Shown here: positions 10,651 to 23,269 of the stretch, in pieces
How positions within the stretch are numbered: the first letter of the stretch is position 1
How the letters are laid out: every line of letters begins with the position of its first letter
Assembly: GCF_001194135.2 (NCBI RefSeq)
Contig: NC_069000.1
Span: forward strand, 34,429,143-34,463,357
From: Octopus bimaculoides
Lineage: Eukaryota
DNA: 34,215 bases
Direction: 5' to 3'
Position numbers and translations under genes: made by a program
The notes under the pieces: generated by a model
Told to the model about the DNA's origin: nothing
What the model saw: only the letters and a program-made list of their open reading frames with translations
The model's database searches: none

Positions 10651-11223
10651 TAAAAAGAACGAAGAAACAAATGAATTTTCTGTCTCTTTTCTAGTTGAGC
10701 TGATCTTGTCTGTGATTCAGTTTTGAACCTGATTCCAATTCCCTCCCAGCTTCAGTGTTCACCTTTCTCAAGTATTGTATAGCTCTTATCGAATAAAAAT
10801 CTAGCACGAGACATATGAGAGGATAGATGGTGACATTAGCCATAAAATGTCTTGTACAATTTCAAAATAGGGTTGTTGTTGTTGTTGTTAGCAAGACAGT
10901 TTTATGTGTTTGTTATTTATTATTTTTATTTTGTCATATAAAACCTGCATGCTTGTTCTGTACAAATCTCACTTTCTTTTTACAAAGACATCGTCTTCTC
11001 TAGAGCGCCATGTATCCTTTCCACTACTAACACATTTACATTTCAAGAGGTCAGAGTGACTACTTGAGGTGTGTGTGTATTTGCGTGTTTCTGTGTGTAT
11101 GTATGTGTGTGTGTGTGCAAGAGAGAGTCTGCATGTGTGTGTGTCTGTGCGTGTGCAAGACAGAGAAAGAGAGTCTATATATGCATGTGTGTGTGTGTGT
11201 GTGTGTACACAGACACAGACACA

Positions 11224-11259
<36 letters not shown>

Positions 11260-11261
<2 letters not shown>

Positions 11262-11476
11262 AGGGGGTGCTGAAAGATTCCTGATTTTAGGGGTATAGCA
11301 AAAGGCCTGGTTGGAGGCCCAAACTTATGAGTTCTTTTACAGGGCTTACAAAAACTGAAGGACTACTGCAATAAGTGTGTGAATCTGAGATGGGAATATG
11401 CTGAATAAAATCATAATTAATTGATCCTCCTGTATTTTCTTTTGCCCAAAGCCAGGAACTTTTCAGCACCCCTTCT
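11260..11476 (+). mobile_element. Internally deleted mariner derivative
   Basis: TIRs TGAGGGGGTGCTGAAAGATTCCTG / CAGGAACTTTTCAGCACCCCTTCT-TA. Internal QGLQKLKDYCNKCVNLRWEYAE* resembles the mariner transposase C-terminus (GxxKLxxRxxKCxxxxGxYxE). Confidence 0.8.
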
Positions 11477-11499
11477 TATGAATGAATATATGAATAAAA

Positions 11500-11809
11500 C
11501 TGGCACTCTGTTGATTACAACAACAGCTGTTCCAGTTGGTTCGATAAATGGAACAGCTTGCTCTTGAAATTAGCATGCAAGTGGCTGAGCACTCCATAAA
11601 TATGCATACCCTTAATGTAGTTCTCAGGGAGATTCAGTGTGACACAGAGTATGACAAGGCTCGCCCTTTGATATACAGGTACTACTCATTTTGCTAGCTG
11701 AGTGGACTGGGGCAATGTGAAACAAAGTATCTTGCTGAAGGACACAATGTACCACACAGAATCAAACTCAAGACCTGACAATCATGAGCTGAATATCCAA
11801 ATCACTAAA

Positions 11810-11813
<4 letters not shown>
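11500..11813 (-). mobile_element. SINE, head D + tail X (diverged)
   Basis: Reverse complement aligns end-to-end with 21542-21856. Confidence 0.8.
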
Positions 11814-11848
<35 letters not shown>

Positions 11849-12824
11849 TACGTGTTTAACCCAATGAAGAATATGAAAAATGAATTTAGGACATCATCGT
11901 TTGTTACAGTCGTTTCAGTGCCACTCTCTTTCTAGCACCGTTACACATAAATAGTTTCATTTTCATATTTGTGGTTGATTATATTGGAGTGGCACTTCAT
12001 CAGATTGACATCAAGAGGTGTTCTCTTACATCCTCATCATCATTGTTTTGACATCCACTTTTCCATACTCATACAGATAAGACAGAATTTGCTGAGGTGA
12101 ATTCACTATAGACAGAGATGCCCTTCCAGTCAACAACCTTCTTCTGTTTCCATGTAAGGTAATATTTCCCATGGCTAAACATGCTTTTACAGACAATGTG
12201 ATATCAAGACTAAGAAACAATCTTACACACACACACACACATGCATAGAGTCACACACACATACATATACATTAACATATATATATATATGATGGGCTGC
12301 TTTCAGTTTTTGGCTTCCAGATCCACTCACAAGGTTTTGGGCAGCCCAGGGCTATAGGAGAAATCATTTGCTCACAGTGCAATGCAATGGGATTGAACCC
12401 AGAACCATGTGGTTGAGAAGCAAACTTCTTACCTCACAGCTACAGGTGTAGCTGTGTTGTAGAATATATAAATGTATCTAATATCTGTTTCAAAGCAGAG
12501 GGGACGCTTTAGTTCATTTCACATGGGACAGCCGTCTCTAGTGCTACAGGCATTGTAAAACATACCCCAGTGTGTAAAAAGAGAAGAAATGAAAATCTTA
12601 CACTGTTGCAGGGAAAGACAGACATAAATGATGATGATGGAAATTGTGCAGAAGCCTGTTGTGCATGTGTGTGTGTGTCTGTGTTTGCTTGTTTTGTTTA
12701 CACTGCTTAAAAACTGATTGCTGTCTATGCTACATAACTCAGTGGTTCAACAAAGAGAGATTGATAAAGTAAGTACCAGATTGAGATAAGTACTGGGATC
12801 AGTACTATCAAGTGAATTATTTAT

Positions 12825-13165
12825 ATACACACACACACACACACACACACATGCACACGCACGCACACATATGCACACATACATGCATACACACACACAC
12901 ACCTACACATGGGCACACACATGCACACACATATATGCAAGTACACACACAAATACACACGCTTGCACACACACACATGTACACACATACACCCACATAC
13001 ACACACAGGCACATGCACACACATGTACACACATACATGTACACATACATGCACACATACATGTACACATACATGCACACACATATGCACACACATGCAA
13101 ACACATGCATACACATACATGCAAGCACACACACACATACACACACACACACGCACACACATGTA
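12825..13165. repeat. Degenerate (CA)n/(CATA)n/(CATG)n tract
   Basis: Directly visible. Similar tracts lie at 11065-11260, 17355-17640 and 28015-28240. Confidence 0.92.
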
Positions 13166-15299
13166 TTTTTTTATGTTTTACTCTTTCCAGTCATTGAACT
13201 GCCTTTGTTTAATTCAAATGGACATAAATTCATAGAAGCATGTATTAAGTTTTTGTGGTGTTTCTGATTAAATATATTGCTTAGCTGAGCTAATATCATA
13301 GATTCGTGTGCATGTATCTGCTATGTAACAACATGTGTGAGTGTGTGTGTTTGTGTACACTCACATCTGTGTAGGGAAAGAGACAGAACAAGAGAGTGGT
13401 AGAAGAATAACAGGAGAGAACCTGAATGAAGGCAGTGATATACAGCAATAGGAAAAGAAGAGAGTTATGGAGTGATAGACAGCTATATGAGAGTTGTTGA
13501 TAAGGATGTTGGATAGAAACAGCATAAATGGTATGGTGGGATTGCGAGAGAGGGATGGGAGAGAGATAGTGTCATAAAAGCGGGAATACTGGAAATGATG
13601 AAAAGTGATGGGAGAGAGACTGAAGTCTGTCTAACATGAGTGATAAAGAAGGGCATAATGTGTGTGAGTGTGACAGGTAGCGATAAAGATAGGGAATAAT
13701 AAGAGAGGCAGGGTAATGGCTGTCAGTAATGAGTAATAAGAGGGTGTAATTAGAAAGAGTGATGGTTAGTAAAAATCCTTTCTACTATAGGCACAAGGCC
13801 TGAAATTTGGGGGGAGAGGGTGGGTTTCAGTCAATTATATCAACCCTAGAACTTAACTGGTTTTTGTCTTATTGACCCCGAAAGGATGAAAGGCAAAGTC
13901 AAGAGAAGTGATAGTTTGGTGGGATTGAATATGGACAAATCTAATGTGATGCCATCCTTCATTACACAGGTGATATGATGGGAGAGAGATATAGTGACAG
14001 TAGGGGGCACAATGATATATTCCAGGTGCAGCATATGCATTTAACAATTATTTAAACATAATAATTTACTCGTTATTCAAGCATAAATTGGAACATTCTA
14101 ATTCACAAAAATTGTTGCAGATGTTGCACAATGTTTCCTAACATTCTTTTTGTTTTATTGTTTACTCTTAATTAAATATGGCAGCACAGACAAAACATGA
14201 ACAAATTGTAGCATTAAAAATGACTGGCGTGAAGAATTGTGAGGCCATAAAACAGTTGAGAAAAGATAAAGGGCTATAGTGATATCAAGTGGTAGCCATT
14301 TTGAATTGTAAATATATCTAATGATATTTTGTCCAAAAATCTAACAATCAGCCTATAAGCTGTCATTAACCAGCACCTAAAACTTTTTTTTTATTTTATG
14401 ACAAAATAAATAATGGACAAATGTATGTTTTGTACCTGGTATACACACACACACGCACACAAAGACACATATATACCCTCTTTTACTCTTTTACTTGTTT
14501 CAGTCATTTGACTGCGGCCATGCTGGGGCACCGCCTTTAGTCGAGCAAATCGACCCCAGGACTTATTCTTTGTAAGCCTAGTACTTATTCTATCGGTCTC
14601 TTTTGCTGAACCGCTAAGTTACAGGGACGTAAACACACCACCATCAGTTGTCAAGCGATGTTGGGGGGACAAACACAGACACACAAACACACATACATGC
14701 ATACATGTACACACATGTGTGCACATACATGTCTACATGCTTACATGTGTACAAGAACAGGTGATATTAATCAAAAATAAAAGATATAGCTCTTAATCAT
14801 GCAATCTACAAAATCTTTGGAGCTAAGCACTATCATTTAACCCCTATCAGCCCTGATTCAGCAGGCTTGGGGTCAATAACGATCCTGTCATGACCATCCA
14901 CTATTTTTATACTGAAGAGACCATATTCTTATTCAATGTGTATTTTCTTGTTTTGATAATGGTAGAATGTTTGACTGTTATTTCTAGCATTTGAGTAACC
15001 ATATAGAAGCTCCCTTGTTGATTCTTACTGTGCTACTATCTGCCTTCTGTATAGAATTACACTGCGTTATTTGACAGAGGGTGATGTAGTGCTTATCTTG
15101 TACTGTGTAGCATGCTGCATGTGTGCTGTGTTCTGCCGTGCTCTGCTTCTTTTTCTCTCACTCTTGCATCTGTGCATTATTATATTACACCAATTGTGCA
15201 TCAGCTGCATAGTATAATGTGCAGTTTGTCTGGTATTACTGCAGTAGTCCTTGCTTCTCACTCAATTGGTCCTTGACCGAAGACTAAACACAGTATGGC

Positions 15300-15570
15300 A
15301 GTGAGTGCATATCACACTGCTAGCATTTGCCAAACTGCATATTCTGTAGGACTGCACCACACTCTTGCAACATGTTGTCAGTTGCACATTTTCAGTATTG
15401 CACCACTTTCTCAATATGTCATGAGCTGCACATTCTGCAGAACTGCACCAATGTCTCAGCATATATTGCTGAGTCATTGTCTCAGCAATGTCCTGCATGT
15501 ATTGCATATATTGCACTGTTGCACCACATTCTCAATAGATCACTATATGTACATACTGCAGTATTGCTGC
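15300..15570. repeat. Degenerate minisatellite of about 44-47 bp, TGCA-rich
   Basis: GCAYATTYTGCAGNACTGCACCA units begin at about 15337, 15384 and 15428, with a partial unit near 15512. Confidence 0.55.
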
Positions 15571-16058
15571 ACAGAAGACAGGCCCAAATGTTGAGAAAGA
15601 AATAAAAGATTTCCGCATTCCTATTTTTCTATGAAATCAGTGAGATTAAATTCCTTCAAAGAATGTGCATGCTGAACAATAAAAGAATCATGTGCATGTA
15701 CACACACAAGCATATGCACACATGCACACACACACATGCATGTATGTGCCAAAGGAATCTGTAGCAGAAGAAGATCAAGGAAGACCTGGACAAATGCAGT
15801 GATGGCTGATATCAGAACATTCAACCCTCAGAAAGAAGATGGCAAAGAATGCAACAAACGGCAAAACGATGTGTTGGAAAGGACCTGTTCAACCCACGTG
15901 AGCATGGCTGTGGGGATAAGAAGCTCTCTTTGAACAATGTGGCTTCAGGTTCAGTGCCACAGTGCAGCACCTTGCTCAAGTGTCTTCTACTATGGCCCTG
16001 GGCAGACCAATGCCTTGTGAGTGAATCTAGTAGACAGAAACAGGTGTAATGCACAAAG

Positions 16059-16449
16059 GGTGGAGGCGCAATGGCCCAGTGGTTAGGGCAATGGACTCGT
16101 GGTCATAGGATCACGGTTTTGAATCCCAGACCGGGTGTTATGAGTGTTTATTGAGCGAAAACACCTAAAGCTCCATGAGGCTCCAACAGGGGATGGTGGT
16201 GAACCCTGCTGTACTCTTTCACCACAACTTTCTCTCACTCTTTCTTCCTGTTTCTGTTGTACCTGTATTTCAAAAGGGCCAGCCTTGTCACACTCTGTGT
16301 TATGCTGAATATCTCCGAGAACTACGATAAGGGTACACGTGCCTGTGGAGTGCTCAGCCACTTGCACGTTAATTTCACGAGCAGGCTGTTCCGTTGATCG
16401 GATCAACTGGAACCCTCGACGTCGTAAGCGACAGAGTGCCAACAACAAC
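16059..16449 (+). mobile_element. Full-length SINE, head C + tail X
   Basis: A box TGGCCCAGTGG, B-box-like GGTTTTGAATCCC, (AAC)n tail, 11-bp TSD AATGCACAAAG (16048-16058 / 16450-16460). Confidence 0.92.
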
Positions 16450-16709
16450 AATGCACAAAGAGAGATAATTTAGTAGAATGGAGAGTGGGGATGGCCACTG
16501 TAACATATGTGGGTGGCATTAAGACGGATATCTACCCATAAAAATCATGTTTCTGTCTACTAGATTCACTCACTAGGCACTGGTCTGCCCAGGGCCATAG
16601 TAGAAGACATTTGCACAAGGTGCTGCACTCTGGAACTGGACTTGAAACCACATCGTTACAAAGAGAGTTTCTTATCCCCCACAGCTATGGTCACATGCCA
16701 AAACAGACA

Positions 16710-17300
16710 TTAGAACTTGATGCAATACCCTGGGTTGCCAACTCCCACTGAACTGTCCAACCCATGCCAGCTTGGAAAACAGATGTTAACTGATGATGAC
16801 AATGATGATGATGATGGTGGTGGTGGCAGCAGCGGCGGCGGTGGTATGATGATGATGATGATATGATGTTGATGATGATGATGACAATAATGATGGTGGT
16901 GGTGGTGGTGGTGGTGGTGATGACAGTAATGATGGTGGCGGTAGTGGTAGTGGTGGTGGTGATAATGATGATATGATGATGATGATGATGATGACAACAA
17001 TGATGGTGGTGGTGGTGGTGGTGGTGATAATGATGATATGATGATGATGATGACAACAATGATGGTGGTGGTGGTGGTGGTGGTGGTGATGACAGTAATG
17101 ATGGTGGCGGTAGTGGTAGTGGTAGTAGTAGTAGTTATTTCCGATTTATTTTCGGGTTTAAGGTTNNNNNNNNNNGGTGGTGGTGGTGGTGGTGATAATG
17201 ATGATATGATGATGATGATGACAACAATGATGGTGGTGGTGATGATAGTAATGATGGTGGCAGTAGTGGTAGTGGTGGTGGTGGTAATGATGATATATGG
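16710..17300 (+). repeat. Family F 3' end followed by a long GAT/GGT array with higher-order units
   Basis: TCCAACCCATGCCAGCTTGGAAAACAGATGTTAACTGATGATG runs directly into the array. Confidence 0.8.
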
Positions 17301-17389
17301 TTTTCAATGGCATTAACATTTGTAAAATATATGAGAAAGTTGCAGACTGCAATTAGAATGAGTGCGTGTGTTGTGTGTTTGTGTCTACA

Positions 17390-17423
<34 letters not shown>

Positions 17424-17584
17424 CGTGCGTATGTGTATGTACATTTGTGTGTGCATGTATGTTTGTGTGTATATAATATTATATTACATTAGCAAGGAAG
17501 TGTACAAAGTGGTAAGCATTAGAATTTATTTATCAGTTATGTAGAGTGTGTTTGTGTGTATACATACATACATAAATCTATACA

Positions 17585-17629
<45 letters not shown>

Positions 17630-18285
17630 ACATGTGTGTTTGCACAAAACACACAGAAGAGATGGAAAGCAAGAGGAACAAGGTGATAGCTGACTTTGTA
17701 ATTGACTTCTGTTACACTTAACTGAGTATCATTAGTCAGTTCTGTATCTTAAAGCCCCCCCCCTTGTCTCTCTAACACCTGAGAGTATTAGATACAAAAA
17801 TGCTCTAGGCTTTAAATTTACATATATACACTTTGCATCAGACTTAAACAGCTTAATATAGCTGCTTTCAAAGAAGGACTGGGGAGGGAAAATATACTCT
17901 TGTTTTAGTGTTTGTTTGTCTTTGTGAGTAGCTTTTTTTTTTATCTCTTATCTTTTACTTGTTTCAGTCATTGGATGGCAGCCTTGCTTTGGAACCACCT
18001 TGAAGAGTTTAGTTGAACAAATTGACCTCAGTACTTATGTTTTGTTTGTTTGTTTGTTTGTTTGTTTGTTTTTGTAAGTCTGGTTCTTATTCCGTCAGTC
18101 TCTTTTGTGAAGCTGCTATGTTATAAAGATGTAAACAAATCAGCACTAGTTGTCAAGCAGTGAGAGAGGATAGATACAAAGACACCCCCCACACACACAC
18201 ACAGATATCACACTAACTACTTGATAAATTCTTATAAAGACTTTATCCTTTTATTGAATTATATATATATATATATATATATATA

Positions 18286-18434
18286 GCAATTAGAAAATGG
18301 CAGAGAATATGCTGTACTCAACAACTTGCAGACATTGTATTCCGTTGAATTAATTAACTTATTTTGTAACTAAGATGACAAAAACCACAAAATTGTGGTT
18401 AAGTACAGCATATTCTCCTCCATTTTCTAATTGC
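18286..18434. mobile_element. 149-bp TA-flanked MITE-like inverted repeat
   Basis: 33-bp arms 18286-18318 and 18402-18434 with 2 mismatches; TA on both sides. Confidence 0.75.
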
Positions 18435-19025
18435 TATATAAATTTAGGGTAAAATAACCCCCCCTTTTACCCGCACCCACGTATTACACTTGGTATAACA
18501 CTAGTGTAACAATAACTGGGTACCCTCCCAGCAGTATATTGGATGGTTACTATCCCTTAGTGGGTTGAATCCTCAACCCCTAACTCTCTTGGATTATATA
18601 TATATAAATATATATATATATATAATTAATCCAAAAAAAATGAAGAACAAACACAAGAAAAAACAACAATGCAAAGATGTGGTACATGCAAAGTATTAGC
18701 AGACACTCAGGGAAGGAAAGAAAGTTGGTTTTATGTTTTGAGCAAAGCTCTTCATCAGAAACAGGAGACGGAGAAAAGTCCAAGAGAAAAGGAAGACGGA
18801 GGAAAAAAATCGCCAACGATCCACAGACAGAGAAAGACACACACACAGTTGTAGCCAAAAGTTTGGAACATTGATCTGAAAATTAGAATTTTTATATTAA
18901 GTGCCCAAATATAAACCCTTTCCAGTGAAATCAGGTGGACAGAAGCTATTAAAAAGTTTCTCAGAAGGATTTTGTATGTAATTTAACTCTTTAGTATTCA
19001 GATTTCTCTGTCAAAGGCAATGCTT

Positions 19026-19253
19026 ATTCTTTTACCTTGTTTCAGTCATTTGACTATGGCCATACTGGAGCACCATCTTAATGGGTTTTTCTTTTTTTGT
19101 CGAAGAAATCAACCCCAGGACTTATTCTTTGTGAGCCTAGTACTTATTCTACTGGCCTCTTTTGCCGAACTGCTAAGTTACAGGGATGTAAACACACCAA
19201 CATCAGGTGTCAAGCAATGGTAGGCAGGACAAACATAGACTCAAAGATACACA

Positions 19254-19330
<77 letters not shown>

Positions 19331-19497
19331 GTTATATACGACAGGCTTCTTTCAGTTTCCATCTACCAAATCCATTCACAAGGCTTTGCTCAGCCTTAGG
19401 CTATAGTAGAAGACACTTTCCCAAGGTGCCATTCAGTGGGACTGAATCCAGAACCACGTGTTTGGGAAGCTAGCTTCTTACTACACAACCTGCACCT
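19026..19497 (-). mobile_element. Full-length composite SINE E
   Basis: Reverse complement matches 31531-32010; CA/TA linker at about 19250-19330. Confidence 0.88.
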
Positions 19498-19516
19498 ATA
19501 TGATTGTTTATTTTTA

Positions 19517-19967
19517 TTGGATTGTCCGGAATGTTCATGCTGATTTTTAGTTGTTCATGTTCCAACACGTTAGAACATGTCAAATTTATCAACATATAAA
19601 TATACTTACATTTCCGGTTAGCGCACACTTCAAGATATCTCTTGAGAAAGAGAGTTTAAAATTACTTAATTTCTATCAATTTTGTATCCCTACGGAAACG
19701 GAAGATTATGAGGTGCGTTTTAGACACTTGATGCCTTTTTATTACCCTCAAGGCAAAAATGCCATGCAAGCAACAAAAAAGATATGTGCTGTGCACAATT
19801 AAGGTGCTTTAGCTGACAGAACTGTACAGAAGTGGTTCACTAAGTTTACAATTGGTTATTGCAGCCTTATTGATGAAGAACACTCAGGTAGAATCCGCAC
19901 CACCACCACCATCACTGTTTCAGATGACAACCAAATCAAGACATTGATTGAGAATAACCCACATTAT
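19517..19967 (+). mobile_element. Mariner 5' end with pseudogenised transposase N-terminus
   Basis: TA-TTGGATTGTCCGGAATGTTCATGCTGATTT putative TIR. From 19698: (T)EDYEVRFRHLMPFYYPQGKNAMQATKKICAVHN*GALADRTVQKWFTKF..DEEHSGR...DDNQIKTLIENNPHY, which fits the mariner HTH region (FRH..LF.F.KGKNA.QA..KICAVYG...R....WF..F..G). Confidence 0.9.
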
Positions 19968-19969
19968 GA

Positions 19970-20194
19970 TAAACGTCACCCTTTCAAAGCCTAGCCAGGC
20001 TCATGGGCCCGGTTTCCCGGTTTCTATGGCGTATGTGTCCCTCCCAGCTGGACGGGACGCCAGTCGACCGTAGCGTTACTCAAGAAACAGGAAGAAAGAG
20101 TGAGAGAAAGTTGGGGCGAAAGAGTACAACAGGGGTCGCCACCACCCCCTGCTGAACCCTCGTGGAGCTTAGGTGTTTTCGCTCAATAAACACT
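19970..20194 (-). mobile_element. SINE, head C + tail Y; interrupts the mariner and runs into a gap
   Basis: Reverse complement matches 31010-31217. Confidence 0.9.
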
Positions 20195-21098
20195 NNNNNN
20201 NNNNNNNNNNNNNNNNNNNNNNNNNNNNNNNNNNNNNNNNNNNNNNNNNNNNNNNNNNNNNNNNNNNNNNNNNNNNNNNNNNNNNNNNNNNNNNNNNNNN
20301 NNNNNNNNNNNNNNNNNNNNNNNNNNNNNNNNNNNNNNNNNNNNNNNNNNNNNNNNNNNNNNNNNNNNNNNNNNNNNNNNNNNNNNNNNNNNNNNNNNNN
20401 NNNNNNNNNNNNNNNNNNNNNNNNNNNNNNNNNNNNNNNNNNNNNNNNNNNNNNNNNNNNNNNNNNNNNNNNNNNNNNNNNNNNNNNNNNNNNNNNNNNN
20501 NNNNNNNNNNNNNNNNNNNNNNNNNNNNNNNNNNNNNNNNNNNNNNNNNNNNNNNNNNNNNNNNNNNNNNNNNNNNNNNNNNNNNNNNNNNNNNNNNNNN
20601 NNNNNNNNNNNNNNNNNNNNNNNNNNNNNNNNNNNNNNNNNNNNNNNNNNNNNNNNNNNNNNNNNNNNNNNNNNNNNNNNNNNNNNNNNNNNNNNNNNNN
20701 NNNNNNNNNNNNNNNNNNNNNNNNNNNNNNNNNNNNNNNNNNNNNNNNNNNNNNNNNNNNNNNNNNNNNNNNNNNNNNNNNNNNNNNNNNNNNNNNNNNN
20801 NNNNNNNNNNNNNNNNNNNNNNNNNNNNNNNNNNNNNNNNNNNNNNNNNNNNNNNNNNNNNNNNNNNNNNNNNNNNNNNNNNNNNNNNNNNNNNNNNNNN
20901 NNNNNNNNNNNNNNNNNNNNNNNNNNNNNNNNNNNNNNNNNNNNNNNNNNNNNNNNNNNNNNNNNNNNNNNNNNNNNNNNNNNNNNNNNNNNNNNNNNNN
21001 NNNNNNNNNNNNNNNNNNNNNNNNNNNNNNNNNNNNNNNNNNNNNNNNNNNNNNNNNNNNNNNNNNNNNNNNNNNNNNNNNNNNNNNNNNNNNNNNNN

Positions 21099-21126
21099 TT
21101 TTACATTTTGAACCTGAAGATGACAG
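21099..21126 (+). CDS. Candidate exon 3' end emerging from a gap (FYILNLKMT)
   Basis: Donor CAG|gtgatc; phase 1, compatible with the exon at 21952. The acceptor would lie in the gap. Confidence 0.2.
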
Positions 21127-21264
21127 GTGATCTATTGCATATTGTTCAAACTGTCAAATAAATAATCTCTGTTACAAATTGCATCGCACTCTTCTTATTG
21201 TCTATTTACCTCCATGAAGAATTATATCAATCTTTAAAAATTATCAAAATCAAGTAGAATGAGA

Positions 21265-21402
21265 GAATTGTATAAAAATAATTAGTTAAAATATTTTGTG
21301 TATTGTAGAAGTATAACCAATTTATTGGAGATAAATTTTAACAACAAAATCTTATGTCCCCACCCCTAATAGGGCCGTATGTACCCCAGTTGAGAACCAC
21401 TG
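21265..21402 (-). mobile_element. hAT MITE end, same family as 26436-27052
   Basis: Ends AGTTGAGAACCACTG; reverse complement aligns with 26436-26575. Confidence 0.7.
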
Positions 21403-21473
21403 GTTTAGAGGAACAGCTTTCAGAGGAGACACAAAATAAGGTTGAAACACTGCAGTGTCTCAAAATCCCTTTC

Positions 21474-21541
21474 TACCTGTGATCCATGTGTGTTACGTAC
21501 ATGTTATGTACCTGTGATCCATGTGTGTTATGTACACGTGT
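21474..21541. repeat. 35-bp tandem duplication
   Basis: TACCTGTGATCCATGTGTGTTAYGTACA starts at 21474 and 21509. Confidence 0.85.
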
Positions 21542-21856
21542 GAAGGTGCATGGCTTAGTGGTTAGAGCATTCAGCTCAGGATTGTGAGTTCGATTCCCGG
21601 CGACGCATTGTGTCCTTGAGCAAGATACTTTATTTCACGTTGCTCCAGTCTACTCAGCTGGCAAAGATGAGTAGTACCTGTATTTCAAAGGACCAACCAT
21701 GTCAAATTCTGTGTCATGCTGAGTCTCCCTGAGAACTACGTTAGGGGTACACGTGTCTGTGAAGTGCTCAGTCACTTGCACATTAATTTCACGAGCAGGC
21801 TGTTCCGTTGATCGTATCAGCTGGGACCCTCATCGTCATAACTGACGGAGCGCTCC
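21542..21856 (+). mobile_element. SINE, head D (CORE-like body) + tail X
   Basis: A box TGGCTTAGTGG, B box AGTTCGATTCCC, TGTGTCCTTGAGCAAGATACTTTA body; 14-bp imperfect TSD 21528-21541 / 21857-21870. Confidence 0.88.
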
Positions 21857-21951
21857 TTATGTACATGTATTCTCTAAAGGGAACAATCAGATATTCACTT
21901 TCAAATCTGCCAGAGCATAGAATAAATATATTATTGTTTGGATTCTCACAG

Positions 21952-22076
21952 TTCTGTATGCATCTCCTGAATTATTGTTTGGTAGACATCAGCATGCATC
22001 AACAAATAATTTGTCTGTTGATTTCTATAAACAAGAGCCTGGTGAGGTAGCTTTGACTGAGGAGACATGCAATAAG
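21952..22076 (+). CDS. Candidate exon (LYASPELLFGRHQHASTNNLSVDFYKQEP[GEVALTEETCNK]), unidentified
   Basis: Acceptor ttattgtttggattctcacag; donors after 22041 (gtgagg), 22046 (gtagct) or 22076 (gttaaa); unique sequence with an open frame. Confidence 0.35.
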
Positions 22077-22989
22077 GTTAAAATATTACAGGATCTCAAA
22101 GTCCCTCTTTACATCTGTATTGCGAAGGCACATCGTTTAAAGGGAAAAAATGTTTTTTGATCATGAAAAACAACAACAATTGGATATTTATGTTCAAATC
22201 TGCCAAAATGTATTAATAGTAATTAGATATATTATTGTTATCTTAACACAAATTAACTACAAAAATTAAATTAGCTCCATTCCTGAGTCTCAAGTACACA
22301 TGTAAGAGAGCAAGTATACTCAGTTCCTGTGCAGTAAGGGGGGTACATATGTCTTTGGAATATTCAGCCACTTATATGCTAATTCAGTCAGCAGTTGATC
22401 AAATAACTTAATATTCATCATTGAAAACTGAAATCCATTACATTTTAGTTTTGATTGGTCACCTCTTCTTATTTAAGTCAAATAAGTGTAAAGGTTTCTA
22501 AGCGACAATAACTAAGTTCTCTTATATCCTGCTCTCTGTAGTCAACATTGTTGAGGAGTGACTTTTGACATCTGGAATGAAACAGAATAAAAACACAACT
22601 GCAATTTGAAAAATAATTCTTGAAACATAGACAAAGTTAAAGTCATGTTTATTTGTCTATAAGAATTCAGAGTATCAAATATTGTTTATAGTTTAGATTA
22701 GGAATGCTTTTAATGTAAGATCATGTAATTTCAGAAAGACTACAAACTTTAACTAATGAATGAGTGCAATAATACTTTGAATAGAGAACAAAGATAAGAA
22801 ATCTATACCAAACTTTAGGAAAATTCAAAAACAAATACAGAGGGGAGTTAAATGTGTGGCTGCATGGTCAAAAAGTTCATTAGTATTGTGTAGTACCTTG
22901 GTTAAGTGTCTTTTATTGTGGATTATTTTGGTAGAAACTGAAAGCCTATTGTATATTTATGTTTGTACATCTATCTATCTATCTATCTA

Positions 22990-23269
22990 TGTGTGCTAAG
23001 TTACAGGGACATAAACACACCAACATCAATTGTCAAGCAATGATGGTGGGGGAGCAAACACAGACACATAAATCATCATCATCATTATCATCGTTTAACG
23101 TCCGCCTTCCATGCTAGCATGAGCCAGTCCAGGGGCACTGGCAACGATCCCGCTCGAAAGATTTCATGTGTCGCCCGCACATGAGCCAGTCCGGAGGCAC
23201 TGGCAAACGATCCCCCTCGAAAAAGCCTCATGTGTCACCCGCACAAGAGCCAGTCCAGGGGCACTGGCA

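Noticed and set aside
13370-14020. Purine-rich, C-poor asymmetric stretch
   Set aside because: Looks like a decayed GA/GAT simple repeat interrupted by SINE-A; no period or ORF support.
16059-16135. tRNA-like A/B boxes (also 21542, 30929, 31531)
   Set aside because: These are SINE heads continuing into SINE bodies with TSDs; no complete cloverleaf is evident, so not called tRNA genes.
16083-16451. 122-aa minus-strand ORF
   Set aside because: Antisense reading of SINE C+X; related peptide text recurs at 30952-31188.
18450-18590. Small hairpins (GGGTTGA-atcc-TCAACCC, ACACTAGTGT)
   Set aside because: Stems of 7 bp or less are expected by chance; no supporting context.
21952-21990. YASPELLFG as a kinase APE-loop or PAS-domain motif
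   Set aside because: No other kinase subdomains (HRD, DFG, DxWSxG) or PAS context are visible; too short to assign a family.
21870-22260. Weak similarity between 21870-21940 and 22137-22240 (TTCAAATCTGCCA, ATATTATTGTT)
   Set aside because: Too short and AT-rich to separate old duplication from SINE remnants or chance.
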